A DNA stretch of 32,000 nt from Candidatus Jordarchaeales archaeon (GCA_038858525.1 JAWCFL010000007.1:11940-43939), one strand, 5' to 3'. Shown: positions 9,198 through 19,351, counted from the stretch's first letter. Made by a program: numbers and translations. The notes: generated by a model from the letters alone, not told the origin.

Positions 9198-10001
9198 TTA
9201 GAGAAGCTGCTCTGCAATCATCATCACCCCAAGTAACATAAAAATTGCCCCTATGATCTTTGCGAGCCTCTCCTCCGGCGCCTTGTTGGCGTAGAGAGCC
9301 CCAGCCCTACCTCCAATAACGGTTCCAGCGCCAACAACGATTGCAGTTAAGAGGCTCACATTCCCATTTAGGGCGTATCCTACTGTGCCTGAAAGCGCTG
9401 TCACAGCCATGATGAGCGTTGAAGTTCCAATCGCCCTGTGAATAGGATACTTGAGAAGAAATACTAGGACGAGAAGGAACATGACTCCACCCCCAGCACC
9501 GAAAACCCCACTCACAACACCGATTAGGAAGCCTATGACGAAAGACATCGCAGCCTGCCTCGACACGACACTCACGTTGCCCCCAGCCTCTACGTCGGAC
9601 GCCGAGGCTCCCGAGAACAGGCGTAGCCTGCGGCGAACATTCTCCCTCCACAACCCGACCCCGCTTATCATCAGGAAAACTCCAAATCCCCCTCCAAGCT
9701 CGAGCTCAGGTATGTGTGCTGCCAGAATGCTGCCAGCCTGCGCTCCGAGCACTGCGCCCGAGGCCAGCCAAACACCAGACCTCAAATCCACGTTTCCACG
9801 CCTGTAATAGACGTATGCTACTATTAGAGAGGCGGTCACGTCCACCGCGAGGCTGGTTCCGATCGCGACATGGACGGGTAGCCCTAGGGCCATTGTGAGG
9901 GCTGGCACGACGATAAGCACGCCGCTCGCACCCATCAGCCCAGTAACACAGCCGGAGCAAAGCCCTATTGCGACTGAGGCGATGGCTGAAAGCCAATCCA
10001 T
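9198..10001 (-). CDS. TauE/SafE (TSUP) family exporter
   Basis: Two repeats, 'GLMGASGVLIVVP...AIGTSL' and 'GVFGAGGGVMF...AIGTST'; about 8 TM segments. ATG at 10001 preferred. Confidence 0.9.
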   Translation of the reverse strand: MDWLSAIASVAIGLCSGCVTGLMGASGVLIVVPALTMALGLPVHVAIGTSLAVDVTASLIVAYVYYRRGNVDLRSGVWLASGAVLGAQAGSILAAHIPELELGGGFGVFLMISGVGLWRENVRRRLRLFSGASASDVEAGGNVSVVSRQAAMSFVIGFLIGVVSGVFGAGGGVMFLLVLVFLLKYPIHRAIGTSTLIMAVTALSGTVGYALNGNVSLLTAIVVGAGTVIGGRAGALYANKAPEERLAKIIGAIFMLLGVMMIAEQLL

Positions 10002-10173
10002 ACCGCAACACCCTGGTGGAGCGCATCCTGGCACACGTCACCTAGTCAGAAAAGTCGACCTTAAAAAGTTCCCGTATGAAGACAAAAAGAAAAGGTGGAC
10101 GCTTAGGCTTTCACGTCGCCTTATCCATCACGTTTCCGGCTTCGAGCAGCTGGGCCTCGGTTCTTCACTGCAC

Positions 10174-11298
10174 TTATCCCTTTATGTACCCCAGAACCTT
10201 TGACATGGCGCTGAACGATGGACGCACCTTCTTCATGTCGCCGAAGAAAGTTATGTTCCAGAGCACAACATGCCTTAGCCCTACCTTAGCGAAATCCTCC
10301 AGCTTCTTGATGACCTCGTCGGGCGTCCCGTTAAGCGTATACCTCTCACAGACCTCGACGGGGACCTTCTCCAGAGCCTTAAGCACTTCCTCTCTCCCAT
10401 ACCTCGTTGGCACGTAGTCGGAAAATGGAACAGCCTTCTCCCCTAAGGGATGCTTGTAGCCCAGCTCCTCGAACGCATAGTAAGGCATAGTCAACGTGAA
10501 AGCTTTGATCATCGGTGAAGCAAGCACTCTACGGCACTCCCCTGGATCCTCATCTATAACCACGTAGCACCACATGGCGGGCGTCACGCTCTCCGGATCC
10601 CTACCAGCCCTCCGCGCCGCGTCCTTCACAACCCTTAACCCCTCCCTGTACCTTTCAATTGGCATGTATGTGGGGAACCAGCCGTCTCCCAGCCTCCCCG
10701 CGATCCTCATCGTCCTCTCACCGTGGGCTGCAACCCATATGGGCGGATAGCGCCCCTCCCTATATGGTTCAAGGGTGAGCACGGCATCCTTAAGCCTCCA
10801 GAACCTCCCCTCGTAGTTCACCTTACCCTTGTTTTCCCAGAGGAGCCTTATGATCTCCAAGGCTTCCTCAAGCCTAGATGCGGGCTTCTCGTACCTTATC
10901 CCGTATGGCTCAATGTTCTCGTACTCTCCTGCTCCTATGCCGAGGATGAAGCGCCCCCTCGATATGTGGTCCAAGGTTAGGGCTTCCTGAGCAAGCATCG
11001 CCGGGTGCCTCCTGAAGCACTCGGTCACGCTTGTCCCGAGCAGGATGCGGGACGTGTGGCAGGCGACGGCAGCTATGGTGGTGAGGGCGTCGAAGTACGT
11101 GTGCGGGCTCTTCTGGTAAGCTGCGATCTCAGCGACATCCGGCGTCCATATAGACTCCGGAATCCAACCCATGAGGTGGTCAGGCCACCAAGCAGAGTCA
11201 TACCCCAGCTCCTCAGCCCTCCTCGCGTTCTTCACCACGTTGTCGAAGGGGGGAAGAATAGTCCCGGGAGTTCCAACCTTAAGTTCATGCACATCCAT
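10174..11298 (-). CDS. LLM-class (luciferase-like) oxidoreductase, probably F420-dependent
   Basis: 'GYDSAWWPDHLMGW', 'LTLDHISRGRFILGIGAGE', 'PPIWVAAHG', 'GDGW', 'GTPDEVI'. ATG at 11298 after GTGGGG. Confidence 0.9.
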   Translation of the reverse strand: MDVHELKVGTPGTILPPFDNVVKNARRAEELGYDSAWWPDHLMGWIPESIWTPDVAEIAAYQKSPHTYFDALTTIAAVACHTSRILLGTSVTECFRRHPAMLAQEALTLDHISRGRFILGIGAGEYENIEPYGIRYEKPASRLEEALEIIRLLWENKGKVNYEGRFWRLKDAVLTLEPYREGRYPPIWVAAHGERTMRIAGRLGDGWFPTYMPIERYREGLRVVKDAARRAGRDPESVTPAMWCYVVIDEDPGECRRVLASPMIKAFTLTMPYYAFEELGYKHPLGEKAVPFSDYVPTRYGREEVLKALEKVPVEVCERYTLNGTPDEVIKKLEDFAKVGLRHVVLWNITFFGDMKKVRPSFSAMSKVLGYIKG

Positions 11299-11442
11299 AA
11301 ATAACCCCACCCAAAAACCGTTAAGAACAACAACTTAAAAAACTAACTCTGACTGCCGCTTCTATGGCTAGTGGGAGCTCGGTAACCTGCCAGCTTAGCT
11401 TGCTTATGACGCTTTTATCACGCTGAACACTAAGTGGTTCAC

Positions 11443-11561
11443 GCCTATAAAGACTACTTATTATTCCATATTTTTGAAAGAAATATTTAAATAATTAGAT
11501 AGCCTATAAAGACTACTTATTATTCCATATTTTTTGAAAGAAATATTTAAATAATTAGATA
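11443..11561 (+). repeat. Tandem direct duplication (59 + 60 bp) of the AT-rich promoter region upstream of acr3
   Basis: GCCTATAAAGACTACTTATTATTCCATATTTTT(T)GAAAGAAATATTTAAATAATTAGATA occurs at 11443-11501 and 11502-11561; the copies differ by one T. Confidence 0.97.
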
Positions 11562-11603
11562 GATCAATGCTTTCTCAACCTGGGAGCAGTGGAGGTTGTA
11601 GCT

Positions 11604-12770
11604 TTGAGTGGTAGCGTTAAGCTTGGCTTGCTGGACAGGTATCTGACGTTGTGGATATTCCTAGCGATGGCGCTCGGCGTCGGGTTGGGTGCTGTTCTGC
11701 CGGAGTTCAGCAGCTTACTTAACAGGCTTAGGTTGGATACGGTGTCGCTCCCCATAGCTGTAGGGCTGCTGCTCATGATGTATCCTCCTCTCGCTAAGGT
11801 GAAGTATGAGGAGCTGTCAAGGCTCAAGAACATTAAGGGTGCTTTCGGCGTCTCGCTAATACAGAACTGGGTTATAGGACCAGCACTAATGTTCACGCTG
11901 GCGTGGACTCTGTTACCTGACTTGCCAGAGTACAGAATTGGGTTGACCATAGTTGGGCTTGCGCGCTGCATAGCGATGGTTCTAGTCTGGAATCAGCTTG
12001 CTAGGGGCGACAATGAGCTCTGCGCTGTCCTAGTGGCTCTAAACTCGTTTTTCCAGATGCTAATGTACTCGATACTGGCTTACCTGTACGTTACTCTGCT
12101 TCCGGCATGGCTTAGCGGTGTGCCTGTGTGGCTCGCCGAGGTTCCGGGATGGGTTTGGATGCTGACCCCGGAGCTTTCACTCGTCAGGTTTGCCGTGTTT
12201 TCCTCTGGGGCATCAACGGTCAACGTGTCCATAGTTGACATAGCGAAGAGCGTGCTCGTATACCTCGGGATCCCATTTGCTGGAGGCATTATAACTCGCT
12301 ACACGCTTACGAAGAGAAGAGGCAGGGAGTGGTATGATACTGTTTTCGCGAGGAAGATTAGCCCCCTCACCCTTGCAGCGCTGCTCTTCACGATAGTCGT
12401 CATGTTCTCGCTTAAAGGCGGAACCATAGTTGCGTTGCCGGTCGACGTGTTAAGAGTAGCTGTTCCTCTGGTGTTCTACTTCGTGGCTATGTTCTTCCTG
12501 TCTTTCCTCATGGTTTGGAGGCTCGGCTTCAACTACCCCGAGACGGCGACCATCTCCTTCACTGCGGCGAGCAATAACTTCGAGCTCGCAATAGCGGTCT
12601 GCGTCGGAGTCTTCGGCATAGCTTCGGGGCAAGCGTTCGCGGCAGTCATAGGGCCACTCATTGAGGTTCCAGTACTCGTAAACCTAGTCAACGTTTCGCT
12701 GTGGCTTGAAAAAAGGCTCTTTAAGCCTTTCAGCTTCCGTCCGATGATCGAGGTCGCAACTGAAAAGTAG
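11604..12770 (+). CDS. acr3: Acr3 family arsenite efflux transporter
   Basis: '[13 protein letters not shown]', 'MMYPPLAKV', '[19 protein letters not shown]', '[15 protein letters not shown]', 'GPLIEVP'. TTG after GGAGGT; alternative start 11589. Confidence 0.95.
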   Translation: MSGSVKLGLLDRYLTLWIFLAMALGVGLGAVLPEFSSLLNRLRLDTVSLPIAVGLLLMMYPPLAKVKYEELSRLKNIKGAFGVSLIQNWVIGPALMFTLAWTLLPDLPEYRIGLTIVGLARCIAMVLVWNQLARGDNELCAVLVALNSFFQMLMYSILAYLYVTLLPAWLSGVPVWLAEVPGWVWMLTPELSLVRFAVFSSGASTVNVSIVDIAKSVLVYLGIPFAGGIITRYTLTKRRGREWYDTVFARKISPLTLAALLFTIVVMFSLKGGTIVALPVDVLRVAVPLVFYFVAMFFLSFLMVWRLGFNYPETATISFTAASNNFELAIAVCVGVFGIASGQAFAAVIGPLIEVPVLVNLVNVSLWLEKRLFKPFSFRPMIEVATEK

Positions 12771-12792
12771 CTTCCTCCTTTTTTCGTTTTTC
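12771..12792 (+). terminator. Pyrimidine/oligo-T tract after acr3 (putative archaeal terminator)
   Basis: CTTCCTCCTTTTTTCGTTTTT directly follows the stop codon. Confidence 0.4.
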
Positions 12793-12860
12793 CGCCGTGC
12801 GAAAGCTTATTTTTAAAGTGTTTCCCTTTGTCTCCCGATGACTGAAGGGAGGGTGGTCGC

Positions 12861-14108
12861 TTGAGGAGCGTCGAGGAGATTAACGATAGAATACTTAGTG
12901 GGGATGCTGTTGTCCTCACAGCTGAGGAGCTTAAGCGCATGATTAGGAGTGGCGAGGAGGTTCGGGCCGATGAAGTCGACGTTGTTACAACTGCGACCTG
13001 CGCTGTTATGTCGGGTACTGCGGCTATTCTGGTTATTCCCGTATCTGAGAGGGGTGTTTTTGAGAGGGCTGAAATGGTTTGGCTTAACGGCGTCCCCGCA
13101 CTTCCGGGTCCCTGCCCAAACGAGAGGCTGGGCGTCGTCGACGTTGTTGTTTACGGGACAGCTGGTGCGAGCCGCGAGTATGGTGGAGGCCACCTTTTCC
13201 GCGAGCTGGTTGAGGGGGAATCCGTTGAGGTTAGAGTTGAGGCTGGAGGACGTGTTTTCGAGAGGGAAGTGACGCTCAGCGATATCTCTTTTGCCCGCAT
13301 GTTTACTACTCGTTCAGCTTTTAGGAACTACGCCGCTATGGTGAACCCGAGGGAGGGCGTTGTTAAGACAATATTCTCTGTTACCGGGCTTAGGGGGCCA
13401 CTTGTTGAGGCTACTGTTTCCGGCTCAGGGGAGGTTAATCCTCTTGAAAACGACCCGGCGCTAAGGGTTATAGGGGTTGGCACGAGGATTCTGCTCAACG
13501 GGGCTGTCGGCTACGTTGTGGGTGAGGGAACGAGGAGCAGCGTGGAGCATCCGAACATCTCCGCAGTTGCAGACATGAAAGGTATGAACCCTGAGTTTAT
13601 GGGTGGCTTCGTGACTTCCGCGGGCCCTGAGTGTATAACTTCTATTGCTGTGCCTATACCCGTGCTCGACGAGCAGGTGCTCAGAGGACTCATGGTGCTG
13701 GACGAGAACGTAAAGCTCCCGGTAAGGGACATCCACACTAGGGTTGAGATCGCTGAGAGCAACTATGCATGTGTCTGGCAGGGGGCTCCGCTGGAAGTCA
13801 AGTTTGACGCCAGAAAGTGTGAAGGATGCACTATGGAGGTCTGCGAGGCTGAGATGATGTGCCCGACTAGGGCGTTCTCTAGAGGCAGGATAAACAGGAG
13901 GAAATGCTTCAACTGCCTTACATGTATCCACCTTTGCCCGGAGCAGGATAAAATTTACTCCACAATAGAAGTGAACGGCAGAACTGTTCCCATTGTCCTG
14001 AGACAGTCTAACAGAAGTAGGGCGAACATGCTGGCGACGAGACTCAAAAAAATGATAGAAGCTGGAGAGTTCCTATTGACGAGCCCCCTACGGCTCCTTC
14101 ACCGGTAG
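12861..14108 (+). CDS. DUF39/homocysteine-biosynthesis-like protein with C-terminal ferredoxin (methanogenesis marker 16-like)
   Basis: 'RSVEEINDRI..GDAVVLTAEE', 'VDVVTTATCAVMSGT', 'GPCPNERLG', 'SGSGEVNPLENDP'. C-terminal CxxC-x4-C-x5-CP and CxxCxxCxxxCP. Confidence 0.8.
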   Translation: MRSVEEINDRILSGDAVVLTAEELKRMIRSGEEVRADEVDVVTTATCAVMSGTAAILVIPVSERGVFERAEMVWLNGVPALPGPCPNERLGVVDVVVYGTAGASREYGGGHLFRELVEGESVEVRVEAGGRVFEREVTLSDISFARMFTTRSAFRNYAAMVNPREGVVKTIFSVTGLRGPLVEATVSGSGEVNPLENDPALRVIGVGTRILLNGAVGYVVGEGTRSSVEHPNISAVADMKGMNPEFMGGFVTSAGPECITSIAVPIPVLDEQVLRGLMVLDENVKLPVRDIHTRVEIAESNYACVWQGAPLEVKFDARKCEGCTMEVCEAEMMCPTRAFSRGRINRRKCFNCLTCIHLCPEQDKIYSTIEVNGRTVPIVLRQSNRSRANMLATRLKKMIEAGEFLLTSPLRLLHR

Positions 14109-14158
14109 GAGCCAAAACCACCTGTAACCTGATCTCTTTTCCAAGTTCACGGTCCCGA

Positions 14159-14806
14159 GTGGTGGCTGCCTTGTTGATGGAAGCGGTAATGAAACTTACG
14201 GAGGGAATCGATGTAAGTGGCTTCACAATTAAAGCTGGAAAGGTTTCTAGGGGCAGGTTCAAGGAGGAGGTGAACTTAGACATCTATTTGTCGGGCGAAG
14301 GTGGAGCGGCTCTCCTGCTTTACGTTAAAGCCTTTTATGGGCGGTGGCCGCATTACTATCCCTGGGTTGAACTCTTCGGCTTTAGGAGAAACGTCTCGGT
14401 TGGAGGATCCACTGTAAAGTACTTTGACTCCGTCTTTGAGGACACGCTTTTATCCCTCTTTGGGGGAGCCCTCGAGCCTGGGGGCAGCATTTTTGTGGAG
14501 TATCAGGAGGACTGGGAGACGAGAAAACAGCTTGAACGCGGCTTCCCTCCTCCAGTTTCGCGCTTAGGCTACAAGCTTTTAGAGTTAGGATTCACTTGGT
14601 TCAAGGACTGGTACTTCCCTGAGGGGTTCCTTGAGGGGGGCATGAAGATTCAGGGCGACAAGCCTGTCAGTGACGAGGAGAGGGCGAGGCATTTAGAAAG
14701 AGTGAAAGGGGAAATTAAATTGTTCCTGGAGAGGCATCATCTAGAGAGTGAGGAATACGTGGTGCGCGCCATCGGGAGAGCGAGAGAGATCCTCAGGAGG
14801 CTTTAG
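14159..14806 (+). CDS. DUF1122 family protein
   Basis: 'YYPWVELF', 'FVEYQED.ET', '[26 protein letters not shown]'. Start uncertain (14159/14177/14189). Confidence 0.8.
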   Translation: MVAALLMEAVMKLTEGIDVSGFTIKAGKVSRGRFKEEVNLDIYLSGEGGAALLLYVKAFYGRWPHYYPWVELFGFRRNVSVGGSTVKYFDSVFEDTLLSLFGGALEPGGSIFVEYQEDWETRKQLERGFPPPVSRLGYKLLELGFTWFKDWYFPEGFLEGGMKIQGDKPVSDEERARHLERVKGEIKLFLERHHLESEEYVVRAIGRAREILRRL

Positions 14807-16902
14807 TCTCGTTTTTCGTAAGCGCCTAGAGCTCTTAATGCTTCGTCAAGGCTTTTTGTTGGACGCTGGCAAGCGTGACCGAAACAGACGTATATCGCGC
14901 TTTCACCGTCGATTTCCTTCATTCCGCTAGTGAATGGTGCCAGTCGCTCTATACTTGGCTCTTCTGAAGAGTGGAAAAGGACTACCTTTCTTGGAATGAA
15001 AGGCTTCTGTAGAGCTTTGAGCTTTCTCTCAGTGTCTTCGCTTCTCCTAGGCCCAGCAACCACCACCTCGTATGTGGGGCCCAGGGCGAAATCGAGTGCG
15101 GACAGCATATGCGTGTATGACTCAGGTCTATTCTTGATGTCCCTTGAGAAAGCTTTGATGACTTCCTCTGCCCTCTCCTCATAATCCACCCTGCCAGTCA
15201 TATGGCTGAGACGGAGCAAGTTCATCATAGCAACAGAGTTGCCGGATGGGTATGGTCCATCATGCCCCTCCTTCACGTTAACTAAGACGTGCTCCGCGTC
15301 GCTTGCTGCGAGGTGAAATCCGCCTGTCTCGCTGTCCCAGAAGAGGCGTAACGCTTCATCCATGAGCGTGACGGCTTCCTCCAAGTATTTCTCCTCGAAG
15401 CATGCCTCGTAAAGCTCCAGTAGCCCCCACGCTAGGAAGGCGTAGTCGTCGAGAAATCCTCTGACTGATGGTCCGTCCTCAAAGTAGACGTGGCATAACT
15501 CTCCACCAGACCCGCGCGCCTTGTCAAGTATGAAGTCTGCTGTTTCGCGGGCAGCCTGAAGATACTCATTGTCCCCGAGCACTTGGAACGCTTTGGAGAG
15601 GGCCGCTATCATGAGGCCGTTCCAGTCTGTGAGGGCCTTCGTGTCCTTTTCCGGGTGTGCTCTTCTCTCCCTGAACCTGAAAAGCTTTAGCCTGGATTTC
15701 TCGATGATCTCCTCTAGTTCTTCCACTGGTAGACCGGCTTCTGCGGCGAGCGCCGGGATGGGCTTCGAGAAGTACAGCACGTTTTTCCCTGTTCTCTCAC
15801 CTAGAGGACCGGTGAAGTTTCCCTCTCTGGTTACATTGAACATTTTCATCACGAGGTCTGCATCTTCCCCGTGAAGCGCCTCTCTGACTTCTTCCTCAGA
15901 CCAGAGGTAGAACCCTCCCTCCTCTCCGCCACTTTCCGCGTCCTCAGCCGAGTAGAAAATGTTTTTAGGGCTTTTAAGCGTCCTCAAAACGTAGCTCAAA
16001 ACCTCCCTTGCTGTCCGCGCGTAAAAATCTTCCCCCGTCACCTGGAAAGTTTCTAGGTAAGCTATGGTGATCATAGCTTGGTCGTAAAGCATCTTCTCGA
16101 AGTGGGGGAACCTCCACCTTGAATCCGTAGAGTACCTGTGGAAGCCGAAGCCAACATGGTCGTATATGCCGCCGAGCCTCATCCACCTAAGAGTTTTCTC
16201 AACCATCGAGAGAGCTCTGCCCTCACCAGTTCGCTTCCAGTAACGTAGCAGGAAGCATAGCCTATGTGGCTCTGGGAACTTCGGAGCGTACCCGAAACCT
16301 CCAACTCTCTCATCGAAAAAGGATGATAAAGCCTCGTATGCCCTGTGAAGCGCATCATCACCCGGTGCTTCTCCCGCGTGAAGCTTCACGCTAAGCATAG
16401 AAGTTGCCACGTCAGCGGCTTCCTCCACCTCTCTTCTTCTGTTCCTCCAAGCTTCTAAGATCCGCGGTACAAGCTCCCTGAGACCCATTATGCCAAACCT
16501 GCTCTCCCTCGGAATGTATGTTGCGGCGAAGAACGGCTTCTTGTCGGGCGTCATGATCACGGTAAGAGGCCACCCCCCAACCCCAGTCATCGCTTGACAA
16601 ACTTTCATGTAAACAGCATCAATGTCCGGCCTCTCCTCCCTATCAACCTTCACGCACACAAACGCTTCATTCAGCATTTTCGCCACTTCAGGATCCTGAA
16701 ATGACTCCCTCTCCATAACGTGGCACCAGTGACAGGTAGAGTATCCCACAGAGAGGAAAACAGGCTTGTCCTCCTTCTTGGCCTTTCTGAACGCCTCGTC
16801 TCCCCAGGGATACCAGTCAACAGGATTATACGCGTGCCTTCTAAGGTAAACGCTTCTCTCAGACGCAAGCCTGTTAGGCTTACTCCCCCTAAAATCATCC
16901 AA
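14803..16902 (-). CDS. yyaL: YyaL/SSP411-type thioredoxin-like + (alpha/alpha)6 domain protein
   Basis: '[26 protein letters not shown]', '[15 protein letters not shown]', 'KVDREERPD', 'FEKMLYDQA', 'FLDDYA'. The TTG start at 16902 is preferred over the 17145 extension. Confidence 0.9.
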   Translation of the reverse strand: MDDFRGSKPNRLASERSVYLRRHAYNPVDWYPWGDEAFRKAKKEDKPVFLSVGYSTCHWCHVMERESFQDPEVAKMLNEAFVCVKVDREERPDIDAVYMKVCQAMTGVGGWPLTVIMTPDKKPFFAATYIPRESRFGIMGLRELVPRILEAWRNRRREVEEAADVATSMLSVKLHAGEAPGDDALHRAYEALSSFFDERVGGFGYAPKFPEPHRLCFLLRYWKRTGEGRALSMVEKTLRWMRLGGIYDHVGFGFHRYSTDSRWRFPHFEKMLYDQAMITIAYLETFQVTGEDFYARTAREVLSYVLRTLKSPKNIFYSAEDAESGGEEGGFYLWSEEEVREALHGEDADLVMKMFNVTREGNFTGPLGERTGKNVLYFSKPIPALAAEAGLPVEELEEIIEKSRLKLFRFRERRAHPEKDTKALTDWNGLMIAALSKAFQVLGDNEYLQAARETADFILDKARGSGGELCHVYFEDGPSVRGFLDDYAFLAWGLLELYEACFEEKYLEEAVTLMDEALRLFWDSETGGFHLAASDAEHVLVNVKEGHDGPYPSGNSVAMMNLLRLSHMTGRVDYEERAEEVIKAFSRDIKNRPESYTHMLSALDFALGPTYEVVVAGPRRSEDTERKLKALQKPFIPRKVVLFHSSEEPSIERLAPFTSGMKEIDGESAIYVCFGHACQRPTKSLDEALRALGAYEKRD

Positions 16903-17347
16903 ACCAACCACCACGAAAACGAGGAAGCTACCCCGGGTAAAATCCTTTACTAAAATTAGTCGTAAAGCTTCCTTGAAGATCAGTAATTTTCTCCCGGTTT
17001 CTATCATGAAACCCCAAAAACCAGTGTTCCTTTTCAAGCACAATGCTTTTTTCATAGGAGGAACACTCTTTATGGGCAACCATACGTGCCACTCTTTATC
17101 CACACGTCGCCTTGACTTACCTTGCACTTTGACTTGAAAAATCACTCAATCATTAAGGGAGCCTTCCCATATTCGTCGTTGCCAGACGAACCACTCAATC
17201 TACGGAAACATTTTATCTAAAAAAAGTAAATTTTACTCTCATTTTCGCCGTAAAAGCATCAAAGCCTAGCATCCTCTGCAAAGGTAACCGCTAGTAACTT
17301 TAAACCATTATTTAAGTAACAAAAAAGGGGGGTTTAAGCGTTCATTC

Positions 17348-19351
17348 TTAGTCTTTCATGTATATGACTGCTGTGGTGTCTGTGGCGTCGAAGATTATCC
17401 GTTCATATCCGATGAGGTCCTTGTAGTTGTCCCATCTAGGTAGCTTTCCAAGTAATCCGTCAGGGTCTCCTGGATACCCGTTCCTCATGAAGTTGCTGAT
17501 GTAAGCTATGATGGCGTTGGACAGTGCGATCCTTCCAGGCTCGTTCTGCTTGGTCCATGCGAAGTTGCAGTAGGGGAACCCTTCGCCTTCACCTACATTG
17601 CCGAGCACGAATGGGACGTCGATGGAGTGGCATGCTCCCAGAAGGAAGTCGAGTGGCTTAGGCTCCTGGTTCCAGCAGAATCTGAATACGTAAACGTTGC
17701 TCTGATGCTTGCTCATAAACGTCGCAACAAGGTCTGTTCCCACAGCTTCCCACAGCTTCGTGCTTACCGTTGAGATAAGGTCGTATCCGACCAAGAGCAG
17801 CCAGTCCAGGAACGGTGCCAGTTCCTCTGGCCATGGGCGCATGGCTTCCAGGTACTCTGAGAGGCTTGGAATGTAGCGTCCAAACGTCGTGTTAAGGTAG
17901 CTTGCCATGTCAGAGAGCCCCATTGAAAGGAAGAACTTGAATTCCTCCTCGCAACTACCTATGATCACTGGCACCTTGACGTAGTTTCCGTCTCTGAGCC
18001 TAATGTATGGGTTCTCAGCTACAACGTATCCGTCCGCATAAGTCATAGAGACCACGCTCATCAGGCCCATTAGGTACTTGCCCGCTGAGTCTTCAGGCAT
18101 CAGGCTGGAGAGTAGTTCAGGTGGAACCAGACTCATGATAGTTGTAATCAGCTTGTTCATCTGGTCAACTAGGTCGGACACTACCGGTTGTATGCTGGAA
18201 GGTAGAAGACCTATGAGTAGGTTTGATGGCAGTAGGCTGGTCATAAGGGAGAGCAGGTCTACTTGAGCTCCGCTATAGTCTCTTACAGCTTCATAGAGCT
18301 CCTTCATGTCCGCGTTTCTCAGCAGGCTTGCAATCTTATCCTGCGTCATGTTTGCAATGATGTTCAATGCCTCGTTTATGTTGTTCGCGTTTCCCCTCTT
18401 GACCAGCAGGCTGGCTAATATGAGGTTCGCTGACCGCTCAGCCGCCTCAAGTGACGCCGTCATTATTCCTCCACTCTCCAATATAGCTCTGTGGAACAGC
18501 TTGATCCCCTTATCGAAGTACTGCTGCTTAACGTAGGGCGAGGTAATTAGGGCGAGTATGTTCATGGCGCCAGCCGACTCTCCTGCGATGGTTACGCAGT
18601 CAGGGTTCCCTCCGAAGTTCTTTATGTTCTTCTTCACCCATTCAAGCGCCTTCACGATGTCAAGCAGACCGTAGTTACCTGAGTCGTTTAATGGATCACC
18701 AGTCTTGAGGGCTGGGTGATAAAGCCACCCCTCTATTCCAACTCTGTAGTTGAAGGTGACGACGACGGCGTTAGCTTTGCGAGCCAAGTTCGCGCCATAG
18801 TAGAGCGGCATTGAGCTACTGCCGGACACGTCGGCGCCACCGTAAACCCAGACGAAAACTGGAAGGTTGCTAGGTAAACTTCCATCCCTTGTCTTCGGCA
18901 CCCATATGTTCAAGTAGAGACAGTCCTCGCTTCCAATCACGGCGCCAGTAGCTATTTCGTCTTCATAGCTTTCATCTGCAACACACATTACGGACGCAAT
19001 CTGCATCGGTATGTCGGAGAAGCTCGTCGCGTTAAGCACACCTTGCCATGGGGTAGGGTCTTGAGGCGCCTTCCAGCGCAAGTCACCTACAGGTGGCTTC
19101 GCGTAAGGAATGCCGAGCCAAGCATAAGTATAATTGTCCCATGCAAAGCCACGAACAAGCCCGTATGCTGTTTTTACGAGTAGTGGGTCATTGCTGGCTT
19201 GAGAAGCGACGGCAAACGATGCTGTTCCCGTATTAAGGCTAACCAAGAACCAAGAGGATGACGCAGCGCTTGCTAATGCGCCACCTTCCATGCTTACGAT
19301 GATCAATGCACAAAGAAGCACTGCGGTCACAGCCAGATGTTTCCTCCTCAC
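17348..19351 (-). CDS. Secreted type-B carboxylesterase/lipase (COesterase family)
   Basis: Signal peptide (RRKH + hydrophobic stretch), 'LGIPYAKPPVGDLRWKAPQ', 'SEDCLYLNIWVP', GESAG nucleophile, 'GSCEEEF' acid, 'GACHSIDVPF' His. GTG start after GGAGGAGG. Confidence 0.92.
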   Translation of the reverse strand: MRRKHLAVTAVLLCALIIVSMEGGALASAASSSWFLVSLNTGTASFAVASQASNDPLLVKTAYGLVRGFAWDNYTYAWLGIPYAKPPVGDLRWKAPQDPTPWQGVLNATSFSDIPMQIASVMCVADESYEDEIATGAVIGSEDCLYLNIWVPKTRDGSLPSNLPVFVWVYGGADVSGSSSMPLYYGANLARKANAVVVTFNYRVGIEGWLYHPALKTGDPLNDSGNYGLLDIVKALEWVKKNIKNFGGNPDCVTIAGESAGAMNILALITSPYVKQQYFDKGIKLFHRAILESGGIMTASLEAAERSANLILASLLVKRGNANNINEALNIIANMTQDKIASLLRNADMKELYEAVRDYSGAQVDLLSLMTSLLPSNLLIGLLPSSIQPVVSDLVDQMNKLITTIMSLVPPELLSSLMPEDSAGKYLMGLMSVVSMTYADGYVVAENPYIRLRDGNYVKVPVIIGSCEEEFKFFLSMGLSDMASYLNTTFGRYIPSLSEYLEAMRPWPEELAPFLDWLLLVGYDLISTVSTKLWEAVGTDLVATFMSKHQSNVYVFRFCWNQEPKPLDFLLGACHSIDVPFVLGNVGEGEGFPYCNFAWTKQNEPGRIALSNAIIAYISNFMRNGYPGDPDGLLGKLPRWDNYKDLIGYERIIFDATDTTAVIYMKD

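Noticed and set aside
8316-9236. 306-aa plus-strand ORF, and similar long antisense ORFs within the GRE, YyaL, M28 and TSUP genes
   Set aside because: These lie opposite well-supported genes, have Ser/Thr/Pro-rich shadow composition and show no motifs.
11443-11561. Repeat considered as a mini CRISPR array
   Set aside because: Two abutting copies of about 60 bp with no spacer and no cas genes.
16903-17145. 81-aa N-terminal extension of YyaL in the ORF track
   Set aside because: Family similarity begins at 'PNRLASE', there is an RBS-like GTGGTGG before TTG 16902, and the extension looks like intergenic sequence.
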